Assembly: GCA_009103225.1 (NCBI GenBank)
Contig: RHPI01001507.1
Span: 416,805-480,804 of the forward strand
DNA from: Chlorokybus atmophyticus
Lineage: Eukaryota > Plantae > Mesostigma and Chlorokybus algae
Direction: 5' to 3'
DNA length: 64,000 nt
This document shows, piece after piece, positions 11,491-25,598 of the stretch. Below the pieces are notes generated by a model, which saw only the letters and a program-made list of their open reading frames with translations, was not told where the DNA came from and did not search any database. The position numbers and the translations under genes are program-made. The stretch's first letter is position 1, and every line of letters starts with the position of its first letter.

Positions 11491-13134
11491 GACGCACATT
11501 GCCACCATGTCAAGTCAGTCTTGTAACACGGCACCTGAAACGCGCATACCGATAGTTTTACCAAGATTGCATCGTTTGTTGGTGAAAACAGAGGCATGCA
11601 GCTGAGCGGTTCGTGCATGCAAGCTGCAGGTGAGGATGATGCACACAGGTGCTCACAGCAACAGCTGTTGCTCCATGCAGTGAATCACAGAGGTCAGCAT
11701 TGCTCGGCTGACCTGCAGCAAACATGTGAGTACCAAGGGATGTGACTGTAGAACCATGATAGACATCGCAAACTGCGCAGCCCCAATGTTCAACCACAAT
11801 GCATGCTTTGCCTCAGCTCATGCAACACTAGGCTGACGGCTATCCGACCTGACAAGATTGTTAGTGAGCAACATGTGTACTCCTCGTGTAATATCTTCGT
11901 GCAAGCCTTTAACGGTGGGCAAGCACAACCAACATAAGCTATAGCTACCTAAAAGTTTGACAGCGTACCGTTTGCAGAACAACAGAGTGGATGTGACTTC
12001 ACTGGCGACGTCTTTCTGCCTGGCACCGAAACCCAGCAGCAGGCGCCATGCTTGCATAGCTGCTGCCGGCGCCCGCGACGGCGCTGACCACTAGGACTAC
12101 AACACGGACGTCGGCAACGACCCCCAAAATTACCACCGCCACCACCGCCACCCTCGCCGCCCCCGCCCCCGCTCGCAGGTTAACCAAGTGTCAATCTAAT
12201 TCTGTCAGCAACATTGCCATTGTGCATGCCATGAGCGGCGGGGGTGGCAGCGGCGGCGACGTAGGCGGCGTGTCGGTGTGGTAGAAGCGATGGTGTCGTC
12301 CATGGCCACGCCGGCCATATCAATTGCCAGCGGATTGGAGTCATGCTGCGCGTGGCTAGCGACGGGCGGGCAGCGTGGCAGCGGTTTGCATACTTAAGCT
12401 GAATTTGCAGCTGCTGCTGTCACTTGCAGGTACGCTGTGCAAGTTAAGCTCAGGGCCGTGTGTTGTGTGAGAACCCAGCATGCTTGGTACTTGTCTGTAA
12501 GACCAGCTGTTGATTGGGCGCATGCATTTACACCAAAGCTATCAGGGCTCAGTTGGTCAGCGCGCCTTGTGCCACTGCTTCAATCAGCTGAGTAACCCCT
12601 TGAAACAAAGGCTGTAGCTAAGCTCACAAAAGGGAAGCAGCTCACATGTTGACTTGCCACATGCTTATGTTCACTATGCACCACGCTCCGTCGTCAATTG
12701 TTGTCACCTGAGATGACTGAGAGACTGGCGTTCGTTAGTAGGTCGGTGCTAGCCATAGGACCAGCATTGGTTTGTGCACCTGCTGCCTGTCAAGCTGTAA
12801 ATAATAGTGGCAGCTTAGCAGCGACGTGAATTCCGCTCGACACTCGATGGCATGCTGACCAGCGTGTGTGTATACGGATTAGTATGGATTGCAGCGTGTG
12901 TGTATACAAGCGTGTGTGTGCGTGTGCATGTATGGTCAGATCGTAACAAATCGCTACAAAACAGTCAACACTGATGTTAAGATGGCGGCAACATACATAA
13001 TCAGCTGTAGAAGTGGCTGCTGACAGTGCCTTGCTGGTCGTAAGGCAGTGTCAGCAGTTAATTCTTCTCACACCTCTTGTAATCCTCCTTCAAGCGCGTG
13101 CAGTTGACTGACTAAGCTGACTGCGTCACAGTGC

Positions 13135-14386
13135 ATGATGTTTTCCCTCATACGCACCATGAGAGCTGCCACAGCCAGAGCCATTGCACCGCGCTTCTAC
13201 AACTCTGCGTACAGGCAAGGCCCAGCTCGGTTTGCCGCTTTTAACATGTCTGAAGTCAGCCCACCTTTCAACCCCATTGGTTGCAGGCCAATTTAAAGCA
13301 CATTTGCAACACAATGGCACATTGCATGCGGCGCAACTCCTGAGGATGCTTTTGACATGAGTAATGAGGTGAGGAGCTGCTCCTCCCAAGCCGTGCTGAT
13401 GCTTGCTCACAAGTTGGAATTGTTGGCACTGCCCACTCATTGTTGTCTGTTGCCAGCTGCCGGCAAAAAGGGTGGGCAGGGCTGGATTGCCCCCATGGTC
13501 AGAAGCTGAGCAGCAAGCTGTGCGCGAGTTCTGGGAGGGGTTATGTCTTTCGCCGCAACAAGTGGCGACCTTGATAGCAAAAGGCATGTCCTTGTCACTT
13601 TACCGCAGTCCCAAAGAGCTGGAGCGGCGACTTTCCGAGGTACTTCGTGTCAATTGGCTCAACCGTGCATGGGTGCTTGTGGTTATGCTTGTCGCATTCC
13701 AGATTCAGAAGTTACTTCCTGGTGTCAACACGAAGTTAGCAGCAACGCTTGCAATTCTAGAGCGACGTCCTGAGACTTTTGCAAACAACCATAAAGGTTC
13801 CAGGCGCCTCCTAAGCATCAGTGTCATGGACCTTTGCATTATGCTGCGCATAGCTCCTCAGTTGCTAACTGCAACACCAGAGGCTGTGGCTAAGAGTTTC
13901 GCTGCCTGGCGGACATTGTTGGCAGTTGATCATGCACAAATGGTTGTGTCTGTGAAACGATGCCCTCAGTTGATCTGCAATGCCGATGCGTCTGTGCGCA
14001 TCAAAGCTTCAAACACTGGGGGACACGCTTGAGTCTTGCCATATAGGGAGCAGGAGCCTTGCCCTGCAGATATGTACAAGCCAAATGTGCTTGTCCGGGT
14101 GTCATGTGAGCGAATGCAAGCGGCTAGCTACAGAATTTACGGAAGTGGAGCGAAGCATGTGGTGGCATGGAAGTGCGCATTTAAGTGTAGAGACCACGTG
14201 CTCGACCGTTTGTTGTTCTGCCGGCAGCATGCAGTCCCATTGGCAGCCTCAACAGCCCTGTCCTTTTCTGCAGCCTCCTGGCACACAAGGTTTCCTGCGT
14301 TTGTCGGCTGGCAACAGGAGCTTTCAACGGCACGGCAGGAGCGAACAGTCAATAGTGATGTCATGCCAACATCCGAGAATGTTTGA
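13135..14386 (+). pseudogene. mTERF-like paralog b
   Basis: Exons 13135-~13370, 13457-13639 and 13703-14386. mTERF-like repeats (LRIAPQLLTATPEAVAKSF, KRCPQLI) and C-terminal RLLFC. There is an in-frame TAA at 13294-13296 and several frameshifts relative to copy d. Confidence 0.8.
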
Positions 14387-17300
14387 AGAGCATTGCGTTT
14401 TGTTTGTGGTTAGAAAGGCGCAAGTGCTGTTGGCAGCTTGAGATAGCAGAACACTGCGGGTCAACAGCTGCTGGCTGCTGGCGTAGGCTGGTGCCGTAGC
14501 ATTGGGCGTGCCGGTGGTAGCAATGTGGGTTGCTTTGCGGTGTGCATGGCTTTTGCGCTCGCTTCTGCTTACAGCTGTGGTGTCTGGTCAGCCTGTGACA
14601 AACGAGCCCCGACGTGCAGATAGGTAAGCGTTCTTTGGTTAACTCACTTGCCTACCGTCTGGCTGGGGTTCCTTGCTGTCTGCAGAGGCATGCACTGCGT
14701 CGGCCACTACACACTGCATGCAGCTTAACTATTTCACTCGAGTTGGTATGTGTCTTGCGGCATGCATAAAGTTGTTGGGTCTGTGCTCTCCTGTGTTTAG
14801 AAGACAGGTAGAGTTAGGTTTCTAGACACGCACGCACGCACGCGCGTATGTGTGTTTGGGTGTGGGTGGGTGTCACACTACACTAGGCTTCCAACGGTAA
14901 GCTTAAACTTTGGTCTGCTGCTTTCTTTTTTCCACCCGCAGGTGTGACAACTGCGTTTCCACTTGGCCAACATGCCGTTGCCTGTGCGTGTGTTCTTGGA
15001 GGCGAGCATGCGTGTACATCAACGGCAATGTCGCCGTGCATTTCCGCTCGCGTTATAGCCATCCTTCTCCAGTCGACCTCCCAACATGCACCCCCTCCCT
15101 TCAGCATGAAGGCAGGGTTCTGCACGGACCTCTACAACGTGTGCGGCGAGACAACATACCGCGTCGTCAGCAACACATTTCTCCATGCGGATGTTAGCAA
15201 TGACGTGTGCGTGAAGCCTTCCACTCGACAGCTTGCCGCGGTTCAACACTGCCTTGGCCGTCATTGTGACCTCATGCAAAGTAAGGGTGTGTGTGGGCTG
15301 CGCATGCATGTACTTGCATGTGTGTCTGTGTGTCTGCGCGCGCAAGCGCATGTGCACGCATATGCTGGTATGTCTGCAGCAGTGTGCACGTGTGTGCGTC
15401 CCTGGTGCATGTGCGCGTGCGCCCACACGCACAGGCATGCACATGTGTGTGCACACGTGCGTGCAGCAGGCATGCGTGCGTTTGAGCACACTCAAGCGTG
15501 GCATGCGTGCACACACGTGCACACGCGTGCGCCGGCCAACTCCCCACAGCACTGCACACACTGCCCGGCGGCTGGTCCACCATGTTTGCCAACACATGCA
15601 TGCGTGGTTGTTGTCCAGGGCCATCCTTCCAGCTAGAGCTCCTCCGCCCTGCACCTTACCCTCCACTTCCCGAGCACAAGCACCAAGCCTGGTTCCAATC
15701 CGAACAGGTGTGCTTGTATGCGTGCGTGAGTTTCCATGTGTGCGAGTATGGAAGCTGTACAGCTGTGCATGAGCAGGACTGGTGCATGCGTTGCTTGGAG
15801 TGTTGACTTCAAGTTGTACACGATGCTCAGGGAATACTGCGGATTGGCGCAATGAGGTTGTGCCGCTATCAAGCAGGCGTCGGCAGTTTGAGAGGGCACT
15901 TACTGAGTCTCTCAGTACATCAGGCTTGAGGTTGGTTTCTGATCATAACCAACCTTCCTGGTCCAAGCTATGCATGCATGCATACGCGCTTGGTCAACGC
16001 ATGCAATCAGTCCACATTGATGTCAGACCCTTGCATCAATGCGGAATGAACTTCATGCCTGGATGGCAGCTGTCACTTGGTAGCACCAGTGTTGCAACGT
16101 GTGGCGTATCCATGTTGCATACCTGAAAGCAATGACACCCTGGCCCAGGTGCGTGCTATCCACATGGCAATTTTATTGGGGAAGTCACCATTGGAAACAT
16201 GCATATCTTGTGGACGTGAAGGTGGTGGTGCAGGCAACAGCTTGGCAGAGGACTTGTGGAGGTGTTTCCAAGGCGCGCAGTGGGAACTGCCACGTAACAT
16301 GTGACTTAGAGGATGCGAGTGGACAGATGCTGTGGAGCTGTTGGATGCAATCAGGCTGGCTGGAATTTCTTGCAGACACATATGTGGCCATTAGGCATGT
16401 TTGCACACTGCTTGAACTGCAACCCGCCTCTGTGCTGCACAGGCCATGCTTAAGACAGACTTGAGTAAGACTTACAAAACCAAAACCAACTGCTGGTCTT
16501 TGCATAGATCGTCCTCTTCACTGCAGGCAAAGAACTGTAGCTGGGTATCTATCAATCCAATCATGTCCCCCATGACTGCTGTTTTATATCTGTCAACATA
16601 GTACAACTCCTGTCTGACTGGTACAACAAACGGACACCACCTACACTAGGTCTGCAGATGGACGGCTCGCCATGCATGCGGATCCTGCATGAGCAGGTGT
16701 AGTTGAAACCTCCATGCTTTGACAAGTCATGTTGCACTCCGTTACAGGCTTGCGGTGGCTTCTGCAAAGCAAACAACTGGGCTTGCATGCCAGCCGCGCT
16801 GTACTGGAGTTCACCACAGCAATGATGCATCTCAGTTTGGTCTCTACTACTCCAGGCGTAAATAGCTACACCCCTTGGTGCACTTGCAACGTCGTAGGCA
16901 ATATGCTTGAATTCAAAAACAAAAGCACACCAATGTGACAGACGTAGACTCACGCTTGCTAAGGGGGATACACACATAATAGTACCTGAGGGTATGTAGA
17001 ACTACACAACAGCAGGCATAATATTCTGCCTGAGGAAATATTTAAGTCGCCATTGCTGCCGTGGTAAGCAGTCGTCTAGGAGCTTGGCACCAGGAAGAAA
17101 CAACTGCGTGTCGGCCTCGGGACGCACATGGACGTCAGCTGGCCTTGATGAGATAGCCTAGGACAATCTTTGACTGGTGAACAAGCGAGTTGTCCTTCAT
17201 AAACAGGTGCATGGCGGAGTGCACAACCACCCGCCCACCACACACGCACAATGCAAACCGCGCGCCTGATCTCGTCAGCAGTTGTCTAGCTGTGCGGATG

Positions 17301-17898
17301 TCAAATGCAGAGCAGCCTTCCTGCAAGAAACAGTCACAAATGATTATGCAGCATACAGCATACAAAGACATAAGGTAGCAAACAACATTGCCACACCACT
17401 GGCCTTCCAGCAACAAAACTTACCAATTTGGCATGCGTCTGTTTTGCTGCCCGAACAGACTTACTTGTGTGCAGAGAGCTTCCATCAGTTTCCCCGGGGC
17501 GCGTGAGCTCCTTGGATACAGAGTGTCCGACATGTCTCAGGGCAGGAATTTCTGCCCACTTGCCATGCAGCGCACCATCCATGAGGCTCTGCTTCAACAA
17601 GGCACATCATTATCTCAAGAAAGTTTTGCTGAACCTCAACCGTTTCCCTAACCTTGCGCTGATGCCACTTTCCTCGGCAGTGAAGAGGTCCATGTTGGCG
17701 TACTCGCTAGCCTTGCACTGCGCAGCGACTTCGGCCAGCTTGATTTTTTGGCTGTCTGCGCACCAAACTCAGACCCCAACTCCTCAACATACTGCTGCAT
17801 GCCTCAATGCTACAGCAGCGGCCGACCCGCAGTGCCTAGCTACCTCAAGCTACCAACAGCAATCAGGCAGCCTCAAACACCAAAACAGCGTACGTTCC

Positions 17899-19166
17899 TC
17901 ATACTTGCTCTAATGTTGGCCCAACAATCAAGTATGCTAACTGCGCCTGTCGTGCCTCCATAAGGTCCTGCTGCCAGCTAATAAACAGGGAACCATTTGC
18001 GCCAGGAGGCTGCAAAGCACACCAGGGCTGATGAGGCTGCCATAGGAACTGCAAGCTGCCGACAGAACAACAAACGGTCGAGCACATTGTCTCCACATTC
18101 AAGTGCTAGGCGCCATGTCAACACCGGCCACGCGCTTCGTCTCAGCTCCAAAAACTCAGTAGCTAGCCGCTTGCAGCGTTTGTGTTGTGCGCTTACTTGA
18201 CATCCGAACAACTACTCCCGGTTGATACATGAAAATCTGCATGGCAAAGTGCCTGCTCCCCAGCTTGTAAAACCCAAAGGCGTCTAGAAATGTCTGAAGC
18301 TTGCTGTGCACGGAAGCACTATTGAGGCAGATCAACTCCGGACATCGTTTTACAAACGTGACCATTTGTGCATGTTCAACTGCAAGCGACATCCGCCAGG
18401 CAGCAAATCTTTCAGCCACAACCTCCGATGTGAGAGTGAGCATGTGAGGAGTTCTGTGGAGCATGATGCGAAGGTCCTTGTCAGTAATGCTTAGAAGCGT
18501 CCGGAGCCTTTCAAGGTTGTATGCGAGAGTCTCAGGATGGCGCTGTAAAAGTGTACAGCCTGCTATTGCTGTTGTGTTCACACCAGGAAGCAGTTTCAAC
18601 ATCTGCCATGTGACAAGTTCAACCACAAGCACCCGCAAGTAAAGATGAGACAGTTGATGCAACGTACCTCAAGGATGCGTCACCAGCTCTCTAGGATTAC
18701 AGTAAATGACAGAGTCTTGCCCACCGCGATGAACAATGCCACACGTTGCGGAGGAAGAGACAACCCCTCCCAAAATTCGCGCACAGTATGCTGCTCGGCT
18801 TCTGACCATGGGGCACGGGGGGCCTGCCCACCTGTCTTGCCAGCACCTGACCAACAGACATTGTTGAGTGGCAGCACCAACAGCTCAAACTTCCAAGCAA
18901 GCATCAGCATGTGCTTGGGGAGAGCAGCTCACCTTCCTGCTTTCGTTAACAGCAGTCTCAGGAGTTGTTGTGCCGCATGCCAAGCGCAATTGTGCGGCAA
19001 AAGCGCACTGCAGCTGCCTGCAAGCGAGTTGTGAGACATTAACTTTGCAGGTGAGATCAACTGCGGCATACCAACGCTGGCCTTGCCTTTTCAACAAGTT
19101 GTAGAAGCCGGGTGCAATGGCTCTGGCTGCGGAAGCTCTTGTGGCGCGCGCCAGGGAGAACATCAT
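17899..19166 (-). pseudogene. mTERF-like paralog c (close paralog of copy b)
   Basis: The transit-peptide-like start MMFSLARATRAS matches copy b. Repeats LHRTPHMLTLTSEVVAERF and KRCPELI. Frameshifts occur in exon 2 and in the last exon. Confidence 0.8.
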
Positions 19167-20799
19167 ATATGTACTGTAACATAGTCACAGTCAGATCATC
19201 AAGTCATATGCACGCCGTTGCAAAAGGATCACAAGCGTTGTAAACAGCCTTCGCTGACAGTGCTTTGCTGGTTGCAAGGCACGGCAATGTCGGTAGCTTT
19301 TTCTACAGCCGATTATACAAATTGTTGTACCGACATCAGCGTGCATTGGTTTCCAGCAAACTGCAACCACTTGGCAACCTGGCCACACGCGCGCATGCAC
19401 ACATTCGTATAATACGCGCTAGTCAGCAAACCGTCCAGATTTGAGTCAAAGAGAGGTTGCTATTAACTAAGTACCCAAGCTGGAAAGCTGCCGTTGTTGC
19501 TTCAAGCTTGACAGTCAGCACGTGCAAAGCACGATGATGGTCGTAATGCTAGTACCGACCTGAATACTGCGAGTGCCTCAGTTACTGCCGGAGACACCAA
19601 CTCACGGGAAGACGGTATGGTTTTGTTGTGAACACCTAAGCTTATGGCATGGCAAGTTAACATGCGTCCTATTGTGAGCTTGGCTACAGCAGATGTTCAC
19701 AGGTTTCACACAGCTTTGAGACAATGGCATACGGCGAGCGGCTGCGCTAACCAGCTGAGCCACAGTAGCTTTGTTCACAATGCATGCTACGTAACGCACG
19801 GCATAAGCTTGACCTACACAGTGTACCTGCAAGAGTCAGCAGCGACAGCTGCAATTGACACCTCAGCTCACGCACTAAAGCTACCCGCCCGTCGCTGGCC
19901 ACGCAGAGCATGCCACCAACCCCCTTGCACTCGATAGGGCGATGCCACCGCCCCTACCGTGAGCGACTCTCGGTACGCGCGCACGTCGCCGCCGCTGCCC
20001 CACCCGCTCATGGCTTGCACAATGGCAAGGTCGTTGACAGAGACGAGCTTGACACTTGGTTAAGCTGCGGGCGGGGCGGCGGTGGTGGCGGCGGTGGTGG
20101 AGGGCGTTGTTGCCGATGTCCATGTCGTTGTCCGTGCTGTAGACCTTGTGACTAGCGCCGTGTCGCAGGCGCTGGAGGCAGCCATGCATGTAAGCATGCC
20201 GCCTGCTGCAGTCCGTCAGAGGCGACGGTGGCAGCAGCTTGCATAGGGTTTTAGTGCCCGGCAGAAAGACGGCGCCAGTGAACTGACTCTGTTGTTCTGC
20301 AAACGGTACGTTGTGAAGCTTTCAGTAAGCTGTTGGTAGTGTTTGCCCATCGTTGGGAACTTGCACACAGCTTTCACACGACGAGTGCACATGCATGTTG
20401 CTCAACGACAATCTTGTCAGGCAGGATAGCAGTTAGTCCATAGTTGTGCGTGAGCTGGAACTGCCTCAAAGCATGCATTGCGGTTGAGCCTTGAGGGTGG
20501 GGGCAGCGTGTTTACAATGTCTATCATGGTTCTACAGTCACATCCTTTGGTATCAACATGTTTGCTGCAGGTCAGCTGAGCAATGCTGACCTCTGTGTCT
20601 GACGCATGAAGCAACAGCTCAAGTTGCTGTGAGCACCTGTGTCCATTAACCTCACCTGTAGCTTGCATGCACCAACCGCTCAGCTGCATGCCTCTGTTCT
20701 CACCAACGACCAACGCAACTTTAATACAACTATCAGTATGCGCATTTCAGGTGCCGTGTTACAAGGCTGACTTGGCATGGTGGCAATGTACGTCATGCA

Positions 20800-22539
20800 G
20801 CATGCAGCATGCCTTGCTCCGACAGGCATTGCTGGTAAGGCATCCAACTGGTCCATTGCCTGTTGAAAGCTGTTGCCTTCGCTTGCAAGTACTCTGCAAG
20901 TGACATTCTGTGGCAGTGCAATCCGTGGTGACATCATGGCACGCACCCGTCAAGAAAGTCACCACAAACACAGTCAGCGCACCTCAGCGTTACCGCTTTT
21001 TAAACAAGTAATGTTTGCTGTACTGTGCTGAGTCGACATTGCTACTGCTCACACCGTTGTTTGCAGGCAGTCACAGGGCACATGTGCGTCAGAACTTCAC
21101 GCCGCATGTAGCGCCACTCTTGATCTTGGAGGTTATGACAACAGTGACCAGGTGAGCTGCTACTTACCCAACATGTGCTTCGTCTGCTGCCTTCGCTTAT
21201 TGTGTGCTTGCCAGCTGCCAGTGAGGCGAGTAGGAAGGCCTCACTTGCCCCCGTGGTCAGAGAGTGATCAGCAAGCCGCGCGGCAGTTCTGGGCGGGATG
21301 GTCTCTGTCTCCGCAACGTGTTGAGTCTATGATCACAACAGGCATGACAAAGTCACTGTTTCGCAATCTCGAAGAACTTGACTGCCGAATACGGGAGGTG
21401 TGTGCAAGTGCACATGTGCACATGTGGGCGTGCGCTTGGGCGCGGGCGCGTTGTAATGTTAATTGTCGTAAGGCATACACTGACCTGGCTTCGTTGATGT
21501 TCAGATGCAGAAGTTGGTTCCTGGTATCCACATGGCAAAGCTGACTAGGCCCGAGTTGTTGATGCATTCTCCCGCAACTCTTGCAATGAAGCTACCGGAG
21601 TTAAAGACTATATTGAGCGTCAGTGACAAGGAGCTGTTCGTGATGTTGCGCCAAGCACCCGACGTGCTGAAGTGCACACCAGAGGTTGTGGCTGAAAAAG
21701 TCGCTGCGTGGCGGGCTTTCTTGGCGGTTGATCATGTGCAAATGGTTCAGTTACTCGTACGCTGCCCGGATCTGCTCTATCGCAACGACACTTTTGTGCG
21801 CAGCAAGCTTGGCACGTTCGTAAACACATTTGTGACCTGCAAGTTAGGAAGCAGGGTTCTGGCTTCGAAGATCTTCATGAACCATCCTGGAGTGGTTGTG
21901 AAGCTGTCGTGCGAGCGTATTGAAAGGCGATGCAAGCGTCTTGCAATGGACTTCACCGAAGCAGAGCGCAGCCGTTGGTCGGTGTCGACGTGGAGAGTGG
22001 CTGTCACGCGGGGAGACTGCGTGTTGGACCGGTTGTTGTTCTGTCGGTATCATGCAATCCGCATGCAGGCCACAACAGCCCTCACCATGTCCGCAGCATC
22101 ATGGCACAACAAGTTCCCAGAGTTTCATCAGTGGCAACAAGAGTTTGAAGATGCACGCAACAGGTGCGGTCAACCTGTGAACAGATACTCATGTGTTCGT
22201 GCCCGTGCATTTGTGTACACACGCAGGCGTCAGAGCTGGTTATGTATACTCTGCAATGCAACAGGCTTAGCGGACTCTGTGTGCGCAGGGAGTTGGTTGA
22301 GGCAAGGATGGTTCACACCACTGAGGTCGTCCACTAGGCGCCTCTGTATCACAAGATATGCAAGTTCATATGTACAAATAGAGCTCACTATGTATATGCT
22401 GTCCGCTGGTGAACTCCCTGCATACGTTCACTCTTTTGTGTCATATTACGTCGGTGTTGAGTCAGTCAGTGTCAATGCAAGGCTGGCTGTGTTGTTGGTT
22501 GATGGAGGGCGGATGCGCCTTGGGTTAGGGCATCTCTGA
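20800..22539 (+). CDS. mTERF-like paralog d, the most intact copy (5' end uncertain)
   Basis: Exons 21067-21151, 21215-21397 and 21505-onward splice in frame. Repeats LRQAPDVLKCTPEVVAEKV and VRCPDLLY, with C-terminal RLLFC...FPEFHQWQQE. The upstream exon has an in-frame TGA at 20901-20903, so it may also be defective. The true 3' end may be spliced near 22164. Confidence 0.65.
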
Positions 22540-23648
22540 CAGACTTTTTCTGAGCGGCGACAGCTTACCGCAAAAAAAAGAACAAGCAACGCGCAATGCT
22601 GGAGCGCTTCCTAGTCAACCCTGGCGTGCATACACCCGTGACACGAAATAGGTTGGGATAGTTCTGTTGAGCACACTGCTTACAGTTCTGCAAAGCGTTT
22701 CAAACCTTGTTGCAGATGGCTTCATTGGTGCAAACGCTTTGCACATGAGAGTGTGCTGTGCTGAAGTGCATGTACACGCAGCAACTTGCAACAGTTTCTT
22801 TATTAGACCACTACGCACCAGCTCTGTGTGTATATGTACAGGATATGCTAGGTGCTGTTGTGGCACGTGGGCACGTGCATGCGCGCATGCATGTATGCGT
22901 GTTTGTTTGTACTAGTGTGCGGAGCAAGGGCGCGTGTGACTGGGTAGGTACGTTACAGTTGCTGACACTCGTTCAGTTGCCAACATGCACAGTCTACTAC
23001 AAGCCGCTTGACACAGATTCTGCCACAAGCCATTTCCAATAACCCAACATTGCACAGGTTTACCTGGCAAGCCAGCTGCTGTGGGTGGATACCAGCAGTG
23101 CAATGACTGCATCAAGCAGATTTTAATATGCAACTGGGAATAGGTTTCAGTAGCATCTGCTACACTACTTTCTGCGACTCTCACTGCATGCGCGAAGGCA
23201 TTGCAAGCAATACCGTACAGGATATGCTGCCAGTAGTTGTAGACATGCATGACATCACTCACAGCATGCCAAACAGCATGCACGCACGTTGTAACACAAC
23301 CACCGGGCTATACACACTGTTTGTTCCAACTATGTGCAGCAAAGGTTTCAAGCCCTCCAGCATTGTTGTTGTTGCAATATGCAAACTGAAGGCCATTGAC
23401 ATGCGCATACAATTTCTCGTAGAGCACATGCATAACATACAGTTGCAGCAATCTCTTTGAGTGCGGCAGATGTTGGCTTTACTTCTGTACACTTTACACC
23501 GCAGTAACTTACCAAAGCACCATAGTCTATTGGTGCATAACTACTGTCAGACTAAGATTACTATGAAATCGACATTGGATGCTATTGCTTGCCATAGCCG
23601 TCAATGCATCCGCTAACTACTACTATTCCTCCACAAAGCTACATCAGC

Positions 23649-24873
23649 TTAAGGCAGGGTTGGCAAGCCACCTGTTGGGAGGCCACCTGTTGGCAATACG
23701 AGAGCGTTGATTGCGTTGACAAGCACCAGCTTGTCGACGGTGCTCGTCGGAAGCGTCTTGGAGAGGTTGCACCGTTGCTGGGGCAGCGGCTTCTTGCTTG
23801 CGGAGATGATCTAATTGCAATGCAAAAGTCAGCGCCAGCACTTGACTGCAGTGCACTATGTTTACATGCCGGCGCATGCCTGTCACACGCTCACAAGTCC
23901 AGGCACACTGACAGAAGTGCGTATGCGCGCACAGTGTGTCACTCGTACATAGGCACGCACGCATGCACATACACGCACACGTGCTCATGCTCATAAACAC
24001 ACACTGCACGCATCTACCCACCAGGGTGATGTCGCCTTCCACATATGCAAGGCATTTCCTATCAGGGCCGTTGAGTACGATGCGGCTGATGCCTGCCTTG
24101 ATGCGGTCGCAGACTGTTTGGGCTGGCCAGCTGGCGACGCAAAGAGGGGTTGTTGGAAGAAGCTGTCATCAGCTTACGCCCGCCCGGCATGCCCACGGCA
24201 AAGTTGCCCATCGTCACCATGTACAACAAGCACTGCGCGTCCAATATGTTCGACTGCGGCAGGCTGCAGACGCCACCCGCCAACACGTACCCGTTGCTTC
24301 CAAGGCGAAATGGGTTCAACTGTTGTAGCCAACAACTTACTAGTCAGTCCAACAAGTGTGTATGGTACGATTTCTGCATGGATGATGCAATGTGGGGAAC
24401 CAGAGGTTCATGTCATAGCCAAGTTGTGCTGATTGACTGCTTGAGTAGATTGCACAGTGGGTATGCGTGCTCCCTGGAACATCATGTGAGTATATGTGCT
24501 TACTTGGTTGAGTTGGAAGTTGAAGATGGATGCAACAACCTCGCCACCTATGCCGGAGGGAGTTGGTGCAGGCTGTGAGACAACACTGGGCCTGTCTTGG
24601 GCACATATAGAACAGAATCAAAAAAGTTCCACACACAACGCACACGCACATATACACACACGCATGCGCATAAACATGCAGGAGCACGCATACGTATACA
24701 CGTGCACATGTACACACATGCGCCACTTACACTCCGTTGCCGATCTCAAGGTGGATGACAATGTGCTCCAAGACGCCGAGGCAGATGGCATCAGCGGGGT
24801 TGGTGTGAAGGGAGGCGAGGAGAAGGACAAGCAGTGACGCCGCAGCCGACAAGGAAGAGGAGGAGGACGCCAT
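23649..24873 (-). CDS. Intact five-exon gene for a predicted secreted protein (211 aa), function unknown
   Basis: Exons 24873-24731, 24591-24504, 24319-24178, 24122-24022 and 23810-23649 total 636 nt with matching phases 2/0/1/0 and GT-AG introns. The start MASSSSSLSAAASLLVLLLASLHTNPADA is signal-peptide-like. The gene ends in TAA, with a TGTAA about 150 nt downstream (23498-23494). Confidence 0.8.
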
Positions 24874-25378
24874 TGCTAACCTGTGTGGGTAAGTGTGGGT
24901 GCGTGGGTGTGTATGTGAGAGTGGGAGCTTGATGATATTGCGTTGTAGCCATCACTTTGCTATGCTATGCCATGCAATGCAAGACAGCTGCACTTACCGG
25001 CAGTGTACTTGGTCCAAAATGCCCACAACGGCGTACACTACCAGCCCAAAATCTAAGCAATGTGTATGTAATCTACACCTCCACTGAAAAGCTTAATATG
25101 TGGCTTCACCCCAACAACAAATCTGCTGTCCTCGCTTGTCTCCACAAGCAAGCAGGTCCTTTCTGCTCCGTCACGTGCATGCATTCAGGCAGTAGTAACG
25201 GCATAGGTTATGCTACGGTTGTCAGTAGAATGTGTTGGCTATTACCTTTTTTGCATAAGGAACCAAAGAGAGGATCGCTACGCTGTGGATTGGACTGCTG
25301 CCGACAACCAACACGTCAGCTTGCGTGTATGTATACATGGCCATCACGTGCATAACGACCAGAATTTGTAGACTCACT

Positions 25379-25598
25379 TGTCATGACAGGTATAACTGCT
25401 GCCTGTACCCCCTGTGTGAAGCAGCTATCAACTACAACAAGAGCTAGATAGATATCAGTGTACATGACGGTGAGAGTTACTACAACGAGTAATCCACTAG
25501 TCTGTCTGATTTCCTAGTCTCTCTCTCAACCGAGCCTTTCAATACACAGCATTGTGGCGGTTTAAGCAGCGGCATCCCACAACTTGCGTGACACGACA
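25379..25598 (+). repeat. Possible orphan LTR (about 220 bp) of an unrelated family
   Basis: It starts TGTCATG and contains CGTGACA/ACGACA ends, with an AATACA motif near the 3' end. There is no partner LTR or TSD in the window. Confidence 0.35.

Noticed and set aside
14523-16450. Possible spliced gene with signal-peptide-like start, splice-like sites and a Cys-rich segment (FCTDLYNVCG)
   Set aside because: I could not assemble a stop-free frame or recognise a family. It is probably a decayed gene but is not supportable as a feature.
17430-17800. Protein-like minus-strand segment (VAAQCKASEYANMDLFTAEESG...)
   Set aside because: Short and interrupted by stops, with no recognisable motif.
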